Source of the DNA: Gammaproteobacteria bacterium
GTDB taxonomy: Bacteria; Pseudomonadota; Gammaproteobacteria; UBA4575
Length of the DNA: 64,000 nt
Direction of reading: 5' to 3'
Assembly (NCBI GenBank): GCA_965221955.1
Contig: CBDCTA010000029.1
Coordinates: forward strand, 96,001 to 160,000
Positions 59,864 to 64,000 of this stretch are shown piece after piece. The notes below the pieces were generated by a model. It saw only the letters and a list, made by a program, of their open reading frames with translations, made no database searches and was not told where the DNA came from. How positions within the stretch are numbered: the first letter of the stretch is position 1; each line of letters begins with the position of its first letter. Made by a program: the position numbers and the translations under genes.

Positions 59864-60676
59864 TTAAAAAACTGAAGAACTTAATTCATTTACTGCGGTT
59901 AGCATTTCAGTGTCATCGGTAAGCGCTTGAGAAATACAACTTGAGCAAGCAGTAACAGGGTTTACTCCACTAACAATTAATTTTCCTGCATGTACTAGTA
60001 GACGAGTACTTGCGCCTTCATCTAAACCGCTACCTTTTAGGTTACGAGTCATTTGTGCAAACTTAACAAGCTGTTTTGCAGTGTTGTTATCTACACCAGT
60101 TTCTTTTTCTACAATTTTTTGTTCGGTAGTTGCATCAGGGTAGTCAAATTCTAAAGCGACAAAACGTTGGCGCGTACTTTGTTTTAAATCTTTTAAAACA
60201 CTTTGATAACCAGGGTTATAGGAAATTGCCATACAAAATTCGGGTGGTGCCTCGAGTAATTCACCTAATTTTTCCATCGGCAATACGCGTCGATCATCAC
60301 AAAGAGGGTGTATCACTACGGTCGTGTCTTTGCGTGCTTCGACAATTTCATCTAAATAACAAATGCTGCCTGTGCGTACGGCACGAGCAAGTGGACCATC
60401 TACCCAAACGGTTTCACCACCAGTTACTAAGTAGCGCCCTATGAGATCAGATGCAGTTAAATCATCGTGGCATGAGACGGTAATGAGCGGGCGTTTGAGT
60501 TTCCAACCCATGTATTCCATGAAACGTGTTTTCCCGCAACCAGTAGGGCCTTTTAAAAGAACAGGCAATTGGTTTTTATAGGACGACTCAAACACATTGA
60601 TTTCATCACCTATAGCCTCGTAATAAGGCTCATCTTTTACGAAGTACTCTTCGGGCTTAAAGGATTTAGCTTGCAT
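59864..60676 (-). CDS. CbbQ/NirQ/NorQ family AAA+ ATPase
   Basis: [21 protein letters not shown] and [17 protein letters not shown]. Confidence 0.93.
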   Translation of the reverse strand: MQAKSFKPEEYFVKDEPYYEAIGDEINVFESSYKNQLPVLLKGPTGCGKTRFMEYMGWKLKRPLITVSCHDDLTASDLIGRYLVTGGETVWVDGPLARAVRTGSICYLDEIVEARKDTTVVIHPLCDDRRVLPMEKLGELLEAPPEFCMAISYNPGYQSVLKDLKQSTRQRFVALEFDYPDATTEQKIVEKETGVDNNTAKQLVKFAQMTRNLKGSGLDEGASTRLLVHAGKLIVSGVNPVTACSSCISQALTDDTEMLTAVNELSSSVF

Positions 60677-60737
60677 GATGTAAATATTTTTAAATTGTGT
60701 TTAATACTACTGTTTATGGTCGTTTTTCACACACAAT

Positions 60738-60767
60738 TATCAGTCAAATTTCTATCAGTCAAATTTC
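60738..60767. repeat. 15-bp tandem repeat
   Basis: TATCAGTCAAATTTC twice, plus a partial third copy. Confidence 0.85.
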
Positions 60768-61007
60768 AGTAGCAAATTTAACCTACTTATATACGCATAA
60801 TTGTACTCAACGTACATTACAGAAAAATCTATGCGCAATCGCTATACGCTATATAGAAATCACAAATAAGTGCTAGAAATGAACAACTTACACCACAGTG
60901 ATATAAGGGTACTTAAAAGCACTATAACTTTATTTTTATTGAATTGTTATAGATTAGCTATCAGACTTATCGACCCAAAAAAATAACTTAAGCGGAAATC
61001 CTTAATA

Positions 61008-61862
61008 ATGTTTTCAATTAATCCCTTTGCTGAGCTCTCGGCATTAATATCTCCCACTGTCATACAGGCATATATCGTCCTTATGTTTATCATGGTTGTT
61101 GTCGGTACAATTCTAGACATGATGCATAAAAAGAGTGCCCAGTACTTTTTTGAAAATGCAGAAAAAGCAAAAAAGAATGCCAAGCGAACTTTAAGTGGTG
61201 GTGAGAAGGCATCGCTTGCGGTAGCAACTGTGGCGAATGAGGTTTTAACTTCTGGTGAATTTGCTAAAAGACCCAGTCGTCGTTTTTCTCATCTGCTAAC
61301 AATGTACGGTTTCATTATTTTTGTTGTAACTACCGCATGGTTGATTTTTGGTTATCTTGCTCCTGATGCAGCAGCACCAAAAGCACTGACAGCTCTATGG
61401 CACATCGGGGCAATTATGTTGTGTTTAGGGGGTTACTGGTTCTGGTTTTTCATCCGTGTAGATGTTTCTTCTGAAGGGGTGAAGTGGTACAACTTCAATG
61501 GTCGCGGTGACATCTTCATTGTAGGACTGATTGCGATGGGTACTTTCGCGTTACTTTGGTCTGGCACACTCAATAAAGGCGGATTACTGAACATGATTTT
61601 CCTTGTGCTATTCATTGCATCAAGCACAGTTTTATTCTGCACAGTTTTTTGGTCTAAGTTTGCGCATATGTTCTTCAAGCCTGCTGCGGCGTACCAAAAG
61701 CGTTGCATCAAGGCGGATGGTTCTTATGAGAATCTACCGGAAATTGGAGACTTATCGGACCCTGAAATACATGCAAGGTATCCAGATATTCCAGAATACA
61801 TGGGTAAAAACCCAACTGATATGGGACTTGGAATTAAAGCTGAAGCTCCACGCCATTACTAA
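61008..61862 (+). CDS. aprM: APS reductase membrane anchor AprM
   Basis: DMMHKKSAQYFF, HLLTMYG, FFIRVDV and WSKFAHMFFKP; directly upstream of aprB. Confidence 0.9.
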   Translation: MFSINPFAELSALISPTVIQAYIVLMFIMVVVGTILDMMHKKSAQYFFENAEKAKKNAKRTLSGGEKASLAVATVANEVLTSGEFAKRPSRRFSHLLTMYGFIIFVVTTAWLIFGYLAPDAAAPKALTALWHIGAIMLCLGGYWFWFFIRVDVSSEGVKWYNFNGRGDIFIVGLIAMGTFALLWSGTLNKGGLLNMIFLVLFIASSTVLFCTVFWSKFAHMFFKPAAAYQKRCIKADGSYENLPEIGDLSDPEIHARYPDIPEYMGKNPTDMGLGIKAEAPRHY

Positions 61863-61903
61863 TTCAAACTAATAACGAATTTAATTTTAGAGAGAAAAAT
61901 ATT

Positions 61904-62386
61904 ATGCCTACTTTCGTATATATGACTCGCTGTGATGGTTGTGGTCATTGCGTTGATATCTGCCCTTCAGACATCATGCACATCGATACTACAACTCGAC
62001 GTGCTTATAACATTGAACCAAACATGTGCTGGGAGTGTTACTCCTGTGTAAAGGCTTGCCCACACAATGCGATCGATGTTCGTGGTTACGCTGACTTCGC
62101 ACCCCTTGGTCACTCAGTGCGTGTAATTCGTGATGAGGAGAAAGGTGTTATCGCATGGCGTATTAAATCACGTAACGGTAAAAAAGATATGAATCTATTG
62201 GCGCCGATCACCACTAAGCCATGGGGTTCGGCAACTCCTCAGTTGAAAGACGAGCCCGCTCCAAGTGATGAGATGCGTAAAAGTCAGTTGCTATTCAACG
62301 AGCCAAAATATATTCGTTTAGATGATGGTGACATCCACACGCTTGAATCAAACGGCTTGGAGATGAAAGAAGGGGTGTACTACTAA
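61904..62386 (+). CDS. aprB: Adenylylsulfate reductase beta subunit
   Basis: MPTFVYMTRCDGCGHCVDICP..CWECYSCVKACP. Confidence 0.97.
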   Translation: MPTFVYMTRCDGCGHCVDICPSDIMHIDTTTRRAYNIEPNMCWECYSCVKACPHNAIDVRGYADFAPLGHSVRVIRDEEKGVIAWRIKSRNGKKDMNLLAPITTKPWGSATPQLKDEPAPSDEMRKSQLLFNEPKYIRLDDGDIHTLESNGLEMKEGVYY

Positions 62387-64000
62387 TGTCTTATAAAACT
62401 ATTGTTGAAGACGGTATCGATATTCTAGTTGCTGGTGCCGGTATGGCTGGTACAGGTGCCGCATTTGAAGCACGTTATTGGGGTCAAAATAAGAAAATTG
62501 TCATTGCTGAAAAAGCAAATATGGATCGCTCAGGTGCAGTTGCACAAGGGCTATATGCAATTAATACGTACATGGGAACCCGATTTGGTGAAAATAACCC
62601 AGAAGATCATGTTCGTTACGCACGCATCGATTTGATGGGCATGGTTCGTGAAGACTTGCTGTTTGATATGGCACGACACGTAGATTCTGCAGTACACCAA
62701 TTTGAAGAGTGGGGTCTGCCACTCATGCGTGACCCTAAGACAGGTGCTTATCAACGTGAAGGTCGTTGGCAAATTATGATTCACGGTGAATCCTATAAGC
62801 CCATTGTATCCAACGCTGCAAAGAAATCTGCGGACGAAGTATTTAACCGTATTTGTGTAACTCATCTATTGATGGACGAATCACAAGAAAATCGTGTTGC
62901 AGGTGCTGTTGGTTTCAACGTTCGTACTGGTAACTATCACGTATTCAAATCTAAAACGGTTATTTGTGCAGCGGGTGGCGCTTCAAATATTTATAAGCCA
63001 CGTTCAGTGGGTGAAGGTGCAGGTCGAGTTTGGTATGCACCATGGTCATCAGGTTCAGCTTATGGTTTGATGATTGGTGCGGGCGCCAAAATGACGCAGA
63101 TGGAAAACCGTATTGTATTAGCACGTTTCAAGGACGGTTATGGTCCTGTAGGTGCATATTTCTTGCATCTCAAAACCTACACGCAGAACGGTTTAGGTGA
63201 AGAGTATGAATCAAAGTGGTGGGAACAAACACAAGAAATGGTGGGTAAGGAATACTTAGACCCAGAAGTTTCGCATAGAACGCATCGTCCAATTCCAACT
63301 TGTTTACGTAATCATGCGTTTATCTCTGAAGTAAATGCTGGTCGTGGCCCGATTCACATGGTAACCATGGAAGCGTTCCAAGATCCTCATCTTGAAGAGA
63401 TCGGTTGGCACAACTTCTTAGGTATGACTGTAGGTCAGGCAGTACTTTGGGCGGCTACAGATGTAGATCCTAAATACGAAAATCCTGAACTGACCACTTC
63501 AGAACCCTATGTTATGGGTTCACATGCAACCGGTTGTGGTGCATGGGTATCTGGTCCTGAAGATTTGTCTCCACCAGAATATTTCTGGGGCTATAACCGT
63601 ATGACTACGGTTGCAGGGTTGTTTGGAGCAGGTGATGCTGCAGGTGGAACACCACATGCGTTTTCTTCTGGTTCATTCACTGAGGGTCGATTAGCTGCAA
63701 AAGCGGCTTGTCAATACATTGATGATGGTAAGGCAGAAGGCATCAAGGTTTCTCAAGATCAGATTGATCGCCGCAAAGCGGAAATCTACAAGCCGATGGA
63801 ACATTACAAAATCTATCGTAATGAGATCACTGCAGGTTCTGTTAATCCTAATTACATCAACCCACGTCAAGGTCTCGATCGCTTGCAGAAGCTAATGGAC
63901 GAGTACGGCGGTGGAGTAACAGTGAACTATATGACCAACGAAAAGTTGCTCAACATCGGTTTGAAGAAAATCAAAACGCTGGAAGAAGATCTTGAAAAGA
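62386..64000 (+). CDS. aprA: Adenylylsulfate reductase alpha subunit (partial, runs off right edge)
   Basis: ATG overlaps the aprB stop; MSYKTIVEDGIDILVAGAG..RSGAVAQGL..WQIMIHGESYKPI. Confidence 0.97.
   Translation, partial: MSYKTIVEDGIDILVAGAGMAGTGAAFEARYWGQNKKIVIAEKANMDRSGAVAQGLYAINTYMGTRFGENNPEDHVRYARIDLMGMVREDLLFDMARHVDSAVHQFEEWGLPLMRDPKTGAYQREGRWQIMIHGESYKPIVSNAAKKSADEVFNRICVTHLLMDESQENRVAGAVGFNVRTGNYHVFKSKTVICAAGGASNIYKPRSVGEGAGRVWYAPWSSGSAYGLMIGAGAKMTQMENRIVLARFKDGYGPVGAYFLHLKTYTQNGLGEEYESKWWEQTQEMVGKEYLDPEVSHRTHRPIPTCLRNHAFISEVNAGRGPIHMVTMEAFQDPHLEEIGWHNFLGMTVGQAVLWAATDVDPKYENPELTTSEPYVMGSHATGCGAWVSGPEDLSPPEYFWGYNRMTTVAGLFGAGDAAGGTPHAFSSGSFTEGRLAAKAACQYIDDGKAEGIKVSQDQIDRRKAEIYKPMEHYKIYRNEITAGSVNPNYINPRQGLDRLQKLMDEYGGGVTVNYMTNEKLLNIGLKKIKTLEEDLEK

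Overview
AT-rich chromosomal window from what is most likely a sulfur-oxidising gammaproteobacterium (aprM-aprB-aprA at the right end, cbb3 oxidase, DsrC-family protein). It carries housekeeping genes (dsbD, cutA, fxsA, CIRCE-controlled groESL, ampD, gshA, djlA), a selenoneine-type cluster (fused SelD, senB, senA), an RND pump, an ArsS-type radical SAM gene and a low-oxygen island (globin, OmpW, FNR-like regulator, two GST-fold genes plus an XylM/AlkB-like monooxygenase, ccoNOQP, hemerythrin). The main unexplained structure is a candidate non-integron gene-cassette system. Two 28-bp palindromes share arms (ATGTCYGCT..AGCGGACAT) but have different 6-bp cores (A = TGGCCG, B = CGACCC). They form 101-bp A-spacer-B junctions with an IHF-like site that separate small cargo genes in an array at 36.3-40.4 kb. 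They also bracket two solo cargoes (7.1-7.4 kb, and ppk2 at 52.2-53.5 kb). All three loci have the same polarity and the same ~50-bp twin-hairpin leader. No recombinase is present in the window. Second highlight: an FNR paralog with Asp at the specificity position (E. coli Val208), flanked by four variant CTGA(T/C)-N4-(A/G)TCAG boxes. All family calls come from motif recognition, not database searches.
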